Positions 43,039 to 53,706 are shown, counted from the first letter of the stretch. The stretch: 64,000 nucleotides of DNA from Candidatus Marinacidobacterales bacterium (GCA_965224085.1 CBDCYI010000011.1:736001-800000); one strand, 5' to 3'. A program made the numbers and translations. The notes: generated from the letters alone by a model not told the origin.

Positions 43039-43578
43039 ATGAAAGAATATTTCCTGGATCTCTGGGCCGCCGTGAGCACCACGGCTACAGGCATGGTCAT
43101 TACGTTCAGACATCTGTTCGTGGTTAACGAGACCCAGCAATATCTGTCCGAAGAAAAACCCGAGACTCGCTGGAACTCGGTCATCGTGCCCGAAGGTTTG
43201 CTGCAGGACCGCTCGCGCATGCGGCTCTACGTGAAAATGGAAGACTGCATCGGGTGCCTGCAGTGCGAAAAAGTCTGCCCGGTGGACTGCATCACCATCA
43301 CCACGGAAAAGCGGGCGAAGACGGAGCTTCCGATCTTTGCCGCCAACGGCCAGGGGATCAAACAGAGGGTCGTGCAGTTCGATATCGACATGTCGCTTTG
43401 CTGCTACTGCAGCCTCTGCGTCTATCCATGTCCCACCGACTGTATCGTCATGACGCCCGAATACGAGTTCGCCGAGAGGGACAAGACCAACTTTCTCTAC
43501 CGCTTCGCGAAGGATAAGGCTACGCCTCCGGCGCCTCCGGAAGAAAAAAAGGAGGCTGAGCCGGTCGCGGCAGGTTGA
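43039..43578 (+). CDS. nuoI: NADH-quinone oxidoreductase subunit I
   Basis: Two CxxCxxCxxxCP motifs. Confidence 0.93.
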   Translation: MKEYFLDLWAAVSTTATGMVITFRHLFVVNETQQYLSEEKPETRWNSVIVPEGLLQDRSRMRLYVKMEDCIGCLQCEKVCPVDCITITTEKRAKTELPIFAANGQGIKQRVVQFDIDMSLCCYCSLCVYPCPTDCIVMTPEYEFAERDKTNFLYRFAKDKATPPAPPEEKKEAEPVAAG

Positions 43579-43585
43579 CGACGCT

Positions 43586-44095
43586 ATGGAAGACCTAGCC
43601 CCCAAAATCATTTTCTGGGTTTTTGCCGCGCTCATGCTGGGCTCGGCGCTCATCGTGGTCGCGGGGAAAAACCTCGTGCGCTCTGCCTTCGCGCTTCTCG
43701 CGACCTTTTTCAGCGTCGCGGCGTTTTACGTGATGCTCGGTGCCGACTTTCTCGCCGGCGCGCAGGTTCTCGTCTATGTCGGCGGCATCCTGACGCTCAT
43801 TCTTTTCGGCGTCATGTTGACCAATCGGATTTACAGCCTGGAGTTGAACACACCGAAGTTTCAAGTCGTGCCGGGCGCGCTCGTTTCCGCGGCCGTCTTC
43901 GTGGTTCTCGTCACCGTCATTCGCATGACGCCTTGGAAGAAGGCGTCGATTACGGAAGATGGATGGAACACGACGGAAACGATTGGCCGATCGCTGATGA
44001 ATCAATATGTGCTGCCCTTCGAAGTGGCCTCGGTGCTTCTTTTGATAGCGCTTCTCGGCGCGGCGATGCTCGTACGTCGGAGGACGGATCTGTGA
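43586..44095 (+). CDS. nuoJ: NADH-quinone oxidoreductase subunit J
   Basis: QVLVYVGGI, PFEVASVLLL. Confidence 0.95.
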   Translation: MEDLAPKIIFWVFAALMLGSALIVVAGKNLVRSAFALLATFFSVAAFYVMLGADFLAGAQVLVYVGGILTLILFGVMLTNRIYSLELNTPKFQVVPGALVSAAVFVVLVTVIRMTPWKKASITEDGWNTTETIGRSLMNQYVLPFEVASVLLLIALLGAAMLVRRRTDL

Positions 44096-44397
44096 TTCCT
44101 CTCGAGTACTATCTCATCGTGGCAGCGGCTCTTTTTTCGCTGGGCTTGTTCGGCATGCTGACGCGCAAGAATGCCGTCAACGTGTTGATGTCCATCGAGC
44201 TCATCTTCAATTCGGCGAACATCAACCTCGTGGCGTTCTCGCGATTCGTTGCCGTCGATACCGACGGACAAGTCTTTGCGCTCCTCGTCATCGCGATTGC
44301 CGCCTGCGAAGCGGCGGTGGCGCTCGCTATCGTGATGTCTCTTTATCGCATCACTAAGGGCGTGAGCCTCGAAGATGCTTCGGTATTGAAAGGATAG
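44092..44397 (+). CDS. nuoK: NADH-quinone oxidoreductase subunit K
   Basis: LMSIEL, AACEAAVALA. Confidence 0.95.
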   Translation: MIPLEYYLIVAAALFSLGLFGMLTRKNAVNVLMSIELIFNSANINLVAFSRFVAVDTDGQVFALLVIAIAACEAAVALAIVMSLYRITKGVSLEDASVLKG

Positions 44398-44400
44398 GAC

Positions 44401-45936
44401 GTGGTTCCCCTCGACGCCGTCTCCAGTCTGAAATATTTCGTTCCAGAGATAGTGCTGGTCGTTACGCTGATGGGCGTTCTTGTTTTTGACTTGATCTCGA
44501 AGAATCGGGCTGCTTGGGAGCGGCGCGTCGTGATCGTCTTACCGTCGCTGTTCGGGCTCATGATCGCGCTCTTTTTCTCGGTGTACATTTACTTCTCGGT
44601 GAAGGGGCCGGACCCCTCGGTAGCTGTCGGCTTGTTCAGCAATATGGTTGCCTACGATGGATTCGGCAATCTTCTACGCATCCTTTTCATCGTCACCGCC
44701 ATCATCATCTTGCTTTTCACGCTCGAGTCCCGCGAGCTTCGCTCTGTCCATCACGGCGAGCTCATGGTGTTGCTGCTCACCGTCACCGTGGCCCTCATCT
44801 GGATGGCGAACTCCATCAACTTGATGATGGTTTACCTTGCGCTCGAGACGGTGTCGGTCGCCTCCTATATCATGGTCGGGTATTTGAAGACGGATCGGCT
44901 GTCGAACGAAGCGTCGCTCAAATACATTTTGTTTGGAGCCGTGTCGACGGGAACGATGCTCTTCGGGTTGTCGCTCCTCTACGGTCTCGCTGGAAGTCTC
45001 GACCTGCACGAAATCCGCGCAGCGCTCGCGAACGAACAAGCGGTCGCGAGCTCGGGACCCGCACTCATGGTCATCATCGTGCTCGTGCTCGCCGGTATCG
45101 GCTTCAAAATGGCGACGGTGCCGTTCCACTTTTGGTGTCCGGACGTTTACACGGGGGCTCCGACGCCGGTGACGGCGCTTTTGTCGGTCGGACCGAAAGT
45201 GGCGGGCTTTGCCGTCCTCGTCCGCTTCTTCTATGGCGGCATGGCTTCGCCGACCGGCGAAGAGACGTGGGCGATGGTCGGGAGCGTCGACTGGCAAACG
45301 ATCTTGATGGGCGTTTCCATTATCACCATGACGCTCGGGAATATTGCCGCCTTGCGCCAAACCAATCTGAAGAGGCTTCTTGCTTATTCGAGCATCGCCC
45401 ATGCCGGCTACATCATGATGGGCGCGGTCGCGCTTTCCGATCGGGGCATCCAAGCCATGCTCGCTTATGTCGTCGTGTACTTGTTCATGAATCTCGGCGC
45501 CTTCCTCGTTATCATCGTCGTCCATAACAGCACCGGTAGCTTCGACATCAAAGACTACGCGGGCACCTGGCGCCGCTCTCCCATGCTGACGATCGTCATG
45601 GGGGTCTTTCTCTTCTCCTTGATGGGCATCCCTCCATTCGCTGGTTTCCTCGCGAAGTGGTATGTCTTCGCCGCTGTGATCCGAGCCGGACTCGTGTGGC
45701 TGGCGGTCATCGGCGTTGTGAACAGCGCGATTGGCGCCTTTTACTACATCAAAATATTGAAAACCATGTTCATCGAAGGATCCGATACGCCGGAGCCTTC
45801 GTCGAAACTCGAGTTCCACCCCATTTACGCGGGTTTACTTTTCGTCCTCGTCGTGCCTAATATTATTGGCCTGCTGTTGTGGGGCTATTTGGACGACGTG
45901 ACGAAGATTTCCAAGACACTTCTCGATGTGATGTGA
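44401..45936 (+). CDS. nuoN: NADH-quinone oxidoreductase subunit N
   Basis: EASLKY, FKMATVPFHFWCPDVY.GAPTP, KRLLAYSSIAHAGY. Confidence 0.94.
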   Translation: MVPLDAVSSLKYFVPEIVLVVTLMGVLVFDLISKNRAAWERRVVIVLPSLFGLMIALFFSVYIYFSVKGPDPSVAVGLFSNMVAYDGFGNLLRILFIVTAIIILLFTLESRELRSVHHGELMVLLLTVTVALIWMANSINLMMVYLALETVSVASYIMVGYLKTDRLSNEASLKYILFGAVSTGTMLFGLSLLYGLAGSLDLHEIRAALANEQAVASSGPALMVIIVLVLAGIGFKMATVPFHFWCPDVYTGAPTPVTALLSVGPKVAGFAVLVRFFYGGMASPTGEETWAMVGSVDWQTILMGVSIITMTLGNIAALRQTNLKRLLAYSSIAHAGYIMMGAVALSDRGIQAMLAYVVVYLFMNLGAFLVIIVVHNSTGSFDIKDYAGTWRRSPMLTIVMGVFLFSLMGIPPFAGFLAKWYVFAAVIRAGLVWLAVIGVVNSAIGAFYYIKILKTMFIEGSDTPEPSSKLEFHPIYAGLLFVLVVPNIIGLLLWGYLDDVTKISKTLLDVM

Positions 45937-45962
45937 ATCTCGATTTGAAGGAGGAACGCTAG

Positions 45963-46220
45963 ATGTCTTACTACATCGCCGAGCCCTGCATCGGCACCAA
46001 AGACACCGCTTGCGTTGAAGTCTGCCCGGTAGACTGCATCCACCCAACGAAGGACGAAGACAACTTCGAAGAAGCCAAGCAGCTCTATATCGAACCGGAC
46101 ACGTGCATCGACTGCGGCGCCTGCGAGCCCGTCTGCCCGGTCACGGCGATCTTTCCTGAGGAAGAGCTTCCCGAAAAGTGGAACGAATACATCGCGATCA
46201 ACACAGACTACTACGCTTGA
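45963..46220 (+). CDS. Ferredoxin (7Fe/8Fe, FdxA-like)
   Basis: [30 protein letters not shown]. Confidence 0.95.
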   Translation: MSYYIAEPCIGTKDTACVEVCPVDCIHPTKDEDNFEEAKQLYIEPDTCIDCGACEPVCPVTAIFPEEELPEKWNEYIAINTDYYA

Positions 46221-46391
46221 TCTAGACGTCCAATCTGGTTCGAGGTCGGGGATAATTCCCGGTCTCTTTCGCTCTCGCACTGCGACTGACGGGGTGGTAG
46301 TGCACTTCGGCATTCCCCTCTTTTCGAGCTCGGTAGTTCTTCGAACGCGTGTCTCTTCCCGCGAATGCGGTACAATTCACGCGGAACTACC

Positions 46392-47837
46392 ATGAGGCGA
46401 GTCCCTTCGACAGCCATTCTCGCTAGCGCCGCGCTCGTCGTCGTCGCCTGCGTCAAAGACCCCGTCACTGGAAAACGCGAGCTCGTTCTCATCGGGGAGT
46501 CCGAAGAGATCGCGATGGGCCAGCAAGGCTCGGCCGATGTCGAAGCGAGCATGGGGCTCTATCAGGATGAGGAGCTCGGCGCCTATGTGGAAGAGCTCGG
46601 ACAGGGCATGGCGCAGGATTCCGAGCGGCCCCACCTGTCGTGGCAGTTTCGCGTCATCGATTCGCCCGTCGTCAACGCTTTTGCGCTTCCGGGCGGCTAC
46701 GTTTATCTCACGCGAGGCATTCTCGCTTACATGAACAGCGAAGCCGCGATGGCCGGCGTCCTCGGGCACGAGATCGGGCACGTGACCGCCCGCCATCACG
46801 TGGAGCAAATGTCGAAGCAACAGCTAGCCGGTCTCGGTCTCAACGTGGGCACGGTTTTCTTCCCCGAGGCGCGTCCGTTCGGCGACATCCTCGGCAGCGG
46901 CGTAGGACTCTTGTTTCTCAAATTCGGACGCGACGCGGAAAAGGAATCCGATCGTCTCGGAGTGCGTTACTCGCTCGGGCGGAGCTATGACCCGACCGAG
47001 ATGGCGCACTTTTTCGCCGTGCTCGCGCGCCTCGCTGGCCCAGAGCGCCAAGTTCCGGCTTGGGCCTCCACGCATCCCGATCCTCAGGACCGTGAGACCA
47101 CGATCCTCGCTCTTGTCTTGGAACAGGGCGCGGGACGGGCAGATTTGAGGACGGGAGCCGAGCGCTATCGGCGTTTAACGGAGGATCTCATTTTCGGTGA
47201 CAACCCTCGTGAAGGCTTCATGCGCGGCTCGCGCTTCTTGCACCCAGAGCTCGAGTTCCAGCTCGAATTTCCCGAAGGGTGGAAGGTCCAGAACACGCAG
47301 ACGGTCGTCTACGCAGCGGCTCCCGACGGGGGAGCCTCGATGCAGTTGACCGTGTCGCTCGTCCCGCCGGGCACGGCTCCGGAGACGCATGCCCGCGACT
47401 TTTTCCGTCAGAACAAGCTCGAATACGGCACCGGGGAGCGGCTTCGGGTGGGTCCTTTTTCCGCTTATCGCGCGCCGTTCCGGGCGTTGACGCGAACGGG
47501 CGAGCTCTACGGTGAAGCGGGCTTCGTCGCGGACGGGGATCACATATACGAGATCCTCGGCTTAACTAGGCGAAACGCCATCCGGCGCTACGCACCGGTG
47601 TTCCAAGACGCGATCGAAAGCTTCGATCGGTTGCGCGATCGGTCGGCTCTCGAGATCCAGCCGTCGCGCATCCACTGGGTGCAAGCTTCGCGCAACGTGA
47701 CGCTCCGGGAGGCTCTCCTCGAAGCCGGCGCGGATTCCGACGGGCTCGACGTTATGTCTGTGCTCAACAACCTCGGGCTCGATAAAAGCCTCACCAAGGG
47801 CCAGTGGATCAAAGTGCTCGAACGAGGCTCGCCTTGA
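46392..47837 (+). CDS. M48 metalloprotease lipoprotein (BepA-like)
   Basis: Lipobox, NAFALPGG, HEIGH, STHP. Confidence 0.9.
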   Translation: MRRVPSTAILASAALVVVACVKDPVTGKRELVLIGESEEIAMGQQGSADVEASMGLYQDEELGAYVEELGQGMAQDSERPHLSWQFRVIDSPVVNAFALPGGYVYLTRGILAYMNSEAAMAGVLGHEIGHVTARHHVEQMSKQQLAGLGLNVGTVFFPEARPFGDILGSGVGLLFLKFGRDAEKESDRLGVRYSLGRSYDPTEMAHFFAVLARLAGPERQVPAWASTHPDPQDRETTILALVLEQGAGRADLRTGAERYRRLTEDLIFGDNPREGFMRGSRFLHPELEFQLEFPEGWKVQNTQTVVYAAAPDGGASMQLTVSLVPPGTAPETHARDFFRQNKLEYGTGERLRVGPFSAYRAPFRALTRTGELYGEAGFVADGDHIYEILGLTRRNAIRRYAPVFQDAIESFDRLRDRSALEIQPSRIHWVQASRNVTLREALLEAGADSDGLDVMSVLNNLGLDKSLTKGQWIKVLERGSP

Positions 47838-48973
47838 TAGGGCGCGGGATCCGTCTCGGCGCGATTCTCGGCATACCCATTCGCGTCGATTATTCCTGGA
47901 CGGTCATCGCGGTACTACTCACCGCGGGAATGGCTGTCGGCCTCGGTCAGAGCTTTCCCTATCTCGGACTCTTATCGCGGCTCTTGCTCGGACTGTCGGC
48001 CTGCTTGCTTCTCTTCGCCTCGGTCCTCGCGCACGAGCTGTCCCACGCGGTCATCGCGCTGAGACACGACGTCGGCATCCGGAGTATCACGCTGTTCATC
48101 TTCGGCGGCGCAGCGGAAATGCTCGAGGAGCCTCGTAGCGCCCATGCGGAGTTCTCGATCGCGATTGCGGGGCCCGTCATGAGCGTAGCACTCGCGGGAC
48201 TCTTCGGCGCGTTGTACGCCATGGGCCTCGGCGTGCTTCCCCCGCCTTTCATGGACGTGATGGCGCGCCTCGCCGTATGGAACGTCATTCTTGTTGCGTT
48301 CAACATCGTTCCCGGCTTTCCCCTCGATGGCGGGCGCGTTCTGCGCGCGGTGCTTTGGGGAATCTGGGGTCAGCTCGCTCCAGCGACGAGGGTCGCGAGC
48401 GCCGTAGGCTCGTTTTTTGGAGCGCTTGTGATGTTTCTCGGGCTCATGTTCGTCTTCGTTTTCGACAACCTCATCGGCGGCGTTTGGTTCTTTCTCATCG
48501 GGATGTTCCTGCGCTATGCGGCGCGCTCGAGCTACCGGCAGGTGCTTGTGAGAGAGGCGCTCGAGGGTGTAACGGCACGCGACCTGATGACGAGCGACGT
48601 CCCTTGCGTTCCACCGGGGATGACGCTCGAGGCCGTCGTCGACGAAGTCATCCTGCCGCGAGGGGTCGTCGAGGTGCCCGTGGTAGATCGAGGCCTGCTT
48701 GTCGGGTTGCTCGCCTTTCAGAGTTTTCGAGGGAAGGGACCAGCGGCTCTCGAGAGCCTGACCGCGAGTGACTTGATGACCCGCGATTTCCTGGAAGAGA
48801 CGATAAGCCCCGACGAAGACGCGTTCAAAGTCTTGGCGCGGCTGGGCTCAGACGACCACCGTCTTGCGGTTGTGAGCGGCGGCGTTCTGGCCGGAATCGT
48901 GAGCCGGGAAGACGCGCTCCGGCGGCTGTCGCTCATCCTGGAGCTTCGCCAGCAGCGCTCCAATCGAGCGTGA
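47834..48973 (+). CDS. Site-2 protease (M50) with CBS domains
   Basis: HELSH, AGP, FNIVPGFPLDGG, C-terminal CBS pair. Confidence 0.92.
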   Translation: MIGRGIRLGAILGIPIRVDYSWTVIAVLLTAGMAVGLGQSFPYLGLLSRLLLGLSACLLLFASVLAHELSHAVIALRHDVGIRSITLFIFGGAAEMLEEPRSAHAEFSIAIAGPVMSVALAGLFGALYAMGLGVLPPPFMDVMARLAVWNVILVAFNIVPGFPLDGGRVLRAVLWGIWGQLAPATRVASAVGSFFGALVMFLGLMFVFVFDNLIGGVWFFLIGMFLRYAARSSYRQVLVREALEGVTARDLMTSDVPCVPPGMTLEAVVDEVILPRGVVEVPVVDRGLLVGLLAFQSFRGKGPAALESLTASDLMTRDFLEETISPDEDAFKVLARLGSDDHRLAVVSGGVLAGIVSREDALRRLSLILELRQQRSNRA

Positions 48974-48987
48974 GCTAGCAGCTAGTA

Positions 48988-49230
48988 CTAACAGAGAAGC
49001 GCTACCGCGACGCCCGAGACGATGGCGACGGGTACGAGGACGGGGAGCAGGGCTAGAACGACGAGACCGACGCACAGAAGAGCGGCCGCGGCGAGCTTGG
49101 CGGCGCCGCCCAAAATGGCCCCTAAGAGCTTGAATGGGATGAGCACGAGCGCTATGAGGAGCTTCAAAACGACTACCGCGACCGTCAGGATGAGCACCAA
49201 CCCAAGCACGGCAAGTATCAGAATCTCCAT
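48988..49230 (-). CDS. Small hydrophobic membrane protein
   Basis: 80 aa, almost entirely hydrophobic, fills the gap between two genes. Confidence 0.6.
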   Translation of the reverse strand: MEILILAVLGLVLILTVAVVVLKLLIALVLIPFKLLGAILGGAAKLAAAALLCVGLVVLALLPVLVPVAIVSGVAVALLC

Positions 49231-49294
49231 GACCACTCCCATCAACCTATACGGTCGCCAGCAGATTCCGGTTCCGTAGCGGACCCCGAGCGTC

Positions 49295-50743
49295 GTGAAA
49301 ATCGTCTTCGTCACGCCGGAGCTTGCCCCTGTCGCCAAGGTGGGGGGGCTCGCCGACGTCGCCGCGTCTCTTCCTAGGGCTCTAAAGCGCCTTGGGCACA
49401 GGGTTTACGTGATTGTTCCGCGCTACGCGGGGACTGAGATCGACATCGAGCGGGGCCGGCCCGTTTTGACCGGCGTTGAGCTCGAGGTCGAGATGGATGG
49501 TGTCCGGCGGATCGCGCGTCTTTCCCGCGCTCGCCTCAATGGTGTTGCGACCTATTTCGTCGAAAGCGACGACTACTTCGACCGCCGCGCCGTTTACGGA
49601 GACAGCGGCGGTGACTACGACGACAACCCCTTCCGCTTCGCGTTTTTCTCGCGGGCGGCTCTCGCGGCGACCGAAGCGCTTGGGCTCGCCCCGGACATGA
49701 TTCACGTGCACGACTGGCAGACGGCGCTTCTCCCGGTCTATCAGAGACTCGACGGCCGGTCGTCGCGGACGCCGGTCGTGCTGACGGTCCATAACCTTGC
49801 CTATCAGGGGATCTTTCGAAGGGAGCTCTTGCCGCGTCTCGGCCTTCCCGACTCCCTTTTTCACATCGACGCGCTCGAGTTCTACGGGGGGCTCAACTTT
49901 CTCAAAGGAGGGCTTGTTAGTGCGGAGCGGCTCACGACGGTCAGCCCGAGCTATGCCCGTGAGATTCAACGGGCGGAGCTCGGAGCTGGGCTCGAGGGGG
50001 TTTTGCGCACCCGTGCGGATCGGCTTACTGGCATCGTCAACGGCATCGAGCCCAATGATTGGCATCCGGGGAAAGATCCGGCGCTCACGTCTCGATTCGC
50101 CTCGACGCGGCTTTCGGGCAAAGCGGCGGGGAAGCTCGAGCTGCAAAAAGAGCTCGGTCTGACCCTGTCGCCTCGGATCCCGCTCCTCGCTGCGATCGGA
50201 CGTCTCGATCCTCAAAAAGGCTTCGAGCTTGTGCTCGAAGCTGTGCCCGCGCTCGTCGCAGAGGAAAAGGCGCAGCTCGTCGTGCTCGGCTCGGGGCGCC
50301 AGGAATTTCTCGACGCCTTTCGCCCTCTCGTCGCGCGTTTCCCGAAAGCCATCTCGGTGAATCGTGGCTTTCAGGAGGCGCTCGGCCGGCGCATCTACGC
50401 TTATGCCGATCTTTTCTTGATGCCGTCGCGCTACGAGCCTTGCGGCCTCGGCCAGATGATTGCGCTCCGCTATGGCACCCTTCCCGTTGTGCGCGCGACC
50501 GGCGGCCTTGCGGACACCATCCGCGACCTGGACGAAGACCCTGAGGGAGGAAACGGGTTTTCTTTCGAAGCGTTCGACGTCTCGGCGCTCCGAACGACGC
50601 TTCGGCGCGCGCTCCGCCACTACGAGAACGAGAAGCTGTGGACGCGCTGGGTGCGGCGCGCGATGCGCGAAGATTCTTCGTGGAGAAGCTCAGCGGGCCG
50701 CTATCTCGAAGTCTACGGGCAGGCGATTCGTGACCTCGGCTGA
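49295..50743 (+). CDS. glgA: Glycogen synthase
   Basis: KVGGLADV, HVHDWQT, PSRYEPCGL. Confidence 0.96.
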   Translation: MKIVFVTPELAPVAKVGGLADVAASLPRALKRLGHRVYVIVPRYAGTEIDIERGRPVLTGVELEVEMDGVRRIARLSRARLNGVATYFVESDDYFDRRAVYGDSGGDYDDNPFRFAFFSRAALAATEALGLAPDMIHVHDWQTALLPVYQRLDGRSSRTPVVLTVHNLAYQGIFRRELLPRLGLPDSLFHIDALEFYGGLNFLKGGLVSAERLTTVSPSYAREIQRAELGAGLEGVLRTRADRLTGIVNGIEPNDWHPGKDPALTSRFASTRLSGKAAGKLELQKELGLTLSPRIPLLAAIGRLDPQKGFELVLEAVPALVAEEKAQLVVLGSGRQEFLDAFRPLVARFPKAISVNRGFQEALGRRIYAYADLFLMPSRYEPCGLGQMIALRYGTLPVVRATGGLADTIRDLDEDPEGGNGFSFEAFDVSALRTTLRRALRHYENEKLWTRWVRRAMREDSSWRSSAGRYLEVYGQAIRDLG

Positions 50744-51200
50744 GATCGAGGGTCTCGCGCGTATCGACTGGGACTACCAACAGATGCACCACGCCCTCGA
50801 GAAGCGCTCCGTGCGTGTATTCGGACTGGCGACGAAGCGGCCCTACAGCTTCGTCGACGCCGCCGCCCGTGCGCTCGTCGACCTTGCCCTCACGAGGCCG
50901 GAGGGAGGCGACACGTTCCATGTTGGCTCCGAGGAGTCCGTCGCTTTCTCCCGTCTGCTCGACGCTGTGGGGCGCCTGCGGCCCGACGTCCGTTTCGAGC
51001 GCCTTGAGCTACTCGCGGACGCCGACCTCTCGATGAAGCCAAAAGACGCGCGCCCTGTTCTCGATGCAGCACGTCTCGAGTCGGTTATCGGCCCGGTTGA
51101 TTGGCGCTTCGTCGAAGAGGGGCTCGAGCAGCTCATGGATTGGTCCGCAGGGTTAGGACGATTCCGGAATGAAGCCTCTTGGCTTGATTCGGCGCAATGA
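50730..51200 (+). CDS. Hypothetical, resembles an extended-SDR/epimerase C-terminus
   Basis: FVDAAARA..., FHVGS, EEGLEQLMDW. Confidence 0.45.
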   Translation: MTSAEIEGLARIDWDYQQMHHALEKRSVRVFGLATKRPYSFVDAAARALVDLALTRPEGGDTFHVGSEESVAFSRLLDAVGRLRPDVRFERLELLADADLSMKPKDARPVLDAARLESVIGPVDWRFVEEGLEQLMDWSAGLGRFRNEASWLDSAQ

Positions 51201-51783
51201 CGCTTTCGACGACACAGATTGGGTCTTCGAGCTCAAACATGACGGCTTCCGCGCCCTCGCTTATGTCGACGCGGCGAAGTGCCGGCTCGTCTCCCGCAAT
51301 CAACATCGCTTCGACGAGTTTGACGCGCTCGCAACGGCGATCGCCAAGGTTCTGTCCGACCGTCGCGCCGTGATCGACGGAGAGATCGTGTGCCTCGACG
51401 CCGAGGGACGTCCCCGGTTTTACGAGCTTTTGGCGCGGAAAGGTAAACCTTGTTACTACGCGTTCGATTTGCTCTGGCTCGACGGAGAAGACTTGCGAGA
51501 TCGGCCGCTTCTCGAGCGCAAAGCGAAGCTGAGGGCGCTCGTCCCCGAAGAAGACTCGCGATTGCTCTATGTCGATCACATCGAAGCGAGCGGGGTCGCG
51601 CTTTTCGAGAGAGTCTGCGAGATGGATCTCGAGGGCGTCATCGCCAAGCGCAAGAAGGGACTCTACCGAGAGGGCACGACCTGGTACAAGATCAAGAACG
51701 CGGTTTACTCGCAGGCGGAAGGGAGAGGGGAGGTATTCGACCGCAGGCGATCGAGACCAGGCTTCACCGCGGAGGATGGCTGA
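51169..51783 (+). CDS. ATP-dependent DNA ligase adenylation domain (LigD-like, no OB domain)
   Basis: ELKHDGFR, IDGEIV, AFDLL, EGVIAK, WYKIK. Confidence 0.85.
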   Translation: MKPLGLIRRNDAFDDTDWVFELKHDGFRALAYVDAAKCRLVSRNQHRFDEFDALATAIAKVLSDRRAVIDGEIVCLDAEGRPRFYELLARKGKPCYYAFDLLWLDGEDLRDRPLLERKAKLRALVPEEDSRLLYVDHIEASGVALFERVCEMDLEGVIAKRKKGLYREGTTWYKIKNAVYSQAEGRGEVFDRRRSRPGFTAEDG

Positions 51784-51963
51784 CCCGAAACGATGCTCGA
51801 AAGAGCAATTTCGAAGATCAATATAGGAAAAGCGTAACGCAAAGACGCAAAGGCGCAAAGGAAAGAAAGGGGAAAGGCAAATCCGACGCCCCAGAATTTT
51901 CCGGGCCCCTGCATGAAGACTACGTTACGCTCCGTCGTCCACTCGACGGCGTTCGAGGCAAAG

Positions 51964-52167
51964 TCCGGACTCCGGCTGCTCGAATCCTGCCGTCTTCGCA
52001 TTAAGGATATCGACCTCGATCACCGAGAGATAATTGTCCGAAGCGGAAAAGGGGAGAAGGATCACTTGACGATGTTGCCTCTCAAACTCATCGAGCCGAT
52101 CAAAAACCAGCTCCGTTGGATGCAACGCGTAAACACGGCCGATTTGAAAAAGGGCGCCGGATTCGTT
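51964..52167 (+). pseudogene. intI: Integron integrase fragment
   Basis: SGLRLLE..RLRIKDID...VRSGKGEKD..TMLP...DLKKGAGFV, running into the IntI-specific region; next to the attC array. Confidence 0.78.
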
Positions 52168-52239
52168 AGATTCTCGTCGCTGGGAGATCCATTGCCACCC
52201 CCAGGCGGTCGCGGCGCCTCGGTATTTTACGTCGCAGAG

Positions 52240-52377
52240 CCTGATCGCAGTGTCGGTCCTGCTCATCGTCCTGATCGCACGGATCGTTGTAGAAGAGAAG
52301 ACCTGCGGAAGACGTTGCCGGGCTACAACGAGTACGTGAAGAAGGTACGGTACCGGCTTGTGCCATTCGTCTGGTAG
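52240..52377 (+). pseudogene. C-terminus of an ICMT/PEMT-like methyltransferase cassette
   Basis: EDLRKTLPGYNEYVKKVRYRLVPFVW followed by an attC. Confidence 0.7.
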
Positions 52378-52416
52378 TAGTATGCAGCAGCTTACTGACA
52401 GGTAGTGCGATTTGGC

Positions 52417-52536
52417 GCCTAACTACGCGATCGAGCGGGCGGCACCAAGACTTCGTGCAGCCGTGAGACCCTTGGTCGGTGCGTCGAGCCTTCGACGAGG
52501 ATCTTGCCGTGCCGCCGCTCATCCGGACTGTTAGGG
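52417..52536 (+). repeat. attC site 1
   Basis: GCCTAAC...gagcgggcggca...tgccgccgctc...GTTAGGG. Confidence 0.85.
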
Positions 52537-53513
52537 CGCAATGATCATGACGGTGCGTACTCGGACCCGCTGGTCGGAGACCTCACCCTGCCACCCGCGC
52601 CGAGCGGGTCGAGAATCTCGAAGTGGCCCAGGCGACGGCCGGATTCGAGCACCATTGGCCGTCAGTTATAGCAGATCACCCGCCAGGTGATCCTCCGGAT
52701 GGCTTTGGATCGGAGGTTTCGAGGTGTCCGGCCTGCGGGTGCTCACCTCCTCGGTGCACACGTGTGCACTCGAGCCGGGTTCGGGATAGCGCCTCACTCG
52801 CCTATTCCGTGAACGCGCTTCTAGCGTGTTTACTTCCTGTCGGTCGCACCAATTGGAGAGCCAGTCGGCAAAGCCGCTCTCCGGTTTGGGCGGTTTCGGG
52901 GACGGCGGCCCGTCGAAGATATCGGCGATGACTTCATCGCGCCAAGATTCGTCATCCTCGTCGTCGCACTCGGGTCGGTTCATACCTAGCGCGTTTCTGA
53001 GTCAGCCGGGCAAGCCAGCCGTGGAATTTCTCAGGAAAGAATACGTCGAGGGGCGGTTCGAAGGGCTAGGCGAGATCGCGACACAGTACTACGGTTACCG
53101 GCCTGATGATGAGGCGTTAGCACCTTACTTTTCGCTCGCGGCCGAACTCGACCTACCAGCACATATCCATACGCTCGGCATCGGAGCTCCGCTGCCTACG
53201 TTTCGGTCGTCAGCTGGGAATCCGCTCTTACTCGAGGAGGTGCTCGCGCGTCACTCTAATCTGAGGCTCTTCGTCGAGAATTCCGGTTTCCCCTTCACGC
53301 AGGAGTGGGTAGCGATGACTTACCAGTATCCGCAGCTCTACGGAGAGGTTTCGACCGCCACATGGATTGTCGATCGAAACGCCTTTTACAGACATCTTCG
53401 CACACTCGTTGAATCGGGCCTCTCGAAACGCATCATGTTCGGCTCCGATCAGATGCAATGGCCGGAAACCATCGGTATAGCGGTTGAGGCCATTCAATCT
53501 GCGGGTTTCTTAA

Positions 53514-53702
53514 CCCTAATCGCAAATAAACGTCACCGTGTCTGAGGTCTTTGGCCCCGTGAATAGCACCTTTTCCAGGTTCTGCATACACCGTGCAGAA
53601 TCACCTATAGTGGCGGCGAGCGGGTGCCCCAGCACGAGCTTCTCGCCTGCGCCCAGTGCGGCTGTTTCGCGTTTTCGTGCTTCGAAGATTTTGCGATTAG
53701 GG
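53514..53702. mobile_element. 189-bp MITE of the IS1380 type
   Basis: 13-bp perfect TIRs ccctaatcgcaaa/tttgcgattaggg, TTAA on both sides. Confidence 0.88.
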
Positions 53703-53706
53703 TTAA

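Noticed and set aside
51913-52377. 154-aa ORF as a functional integrase
   Set aside because: Lacks the N-terminus and the HxxRH/Y catalytic region; its tail belongs to a methyltransferase
52666-52983. 105-aa minus-strand ORF inside the cassette array
   Set aside because: No recognisable family; lies in a degraded cassette and cannot be supported
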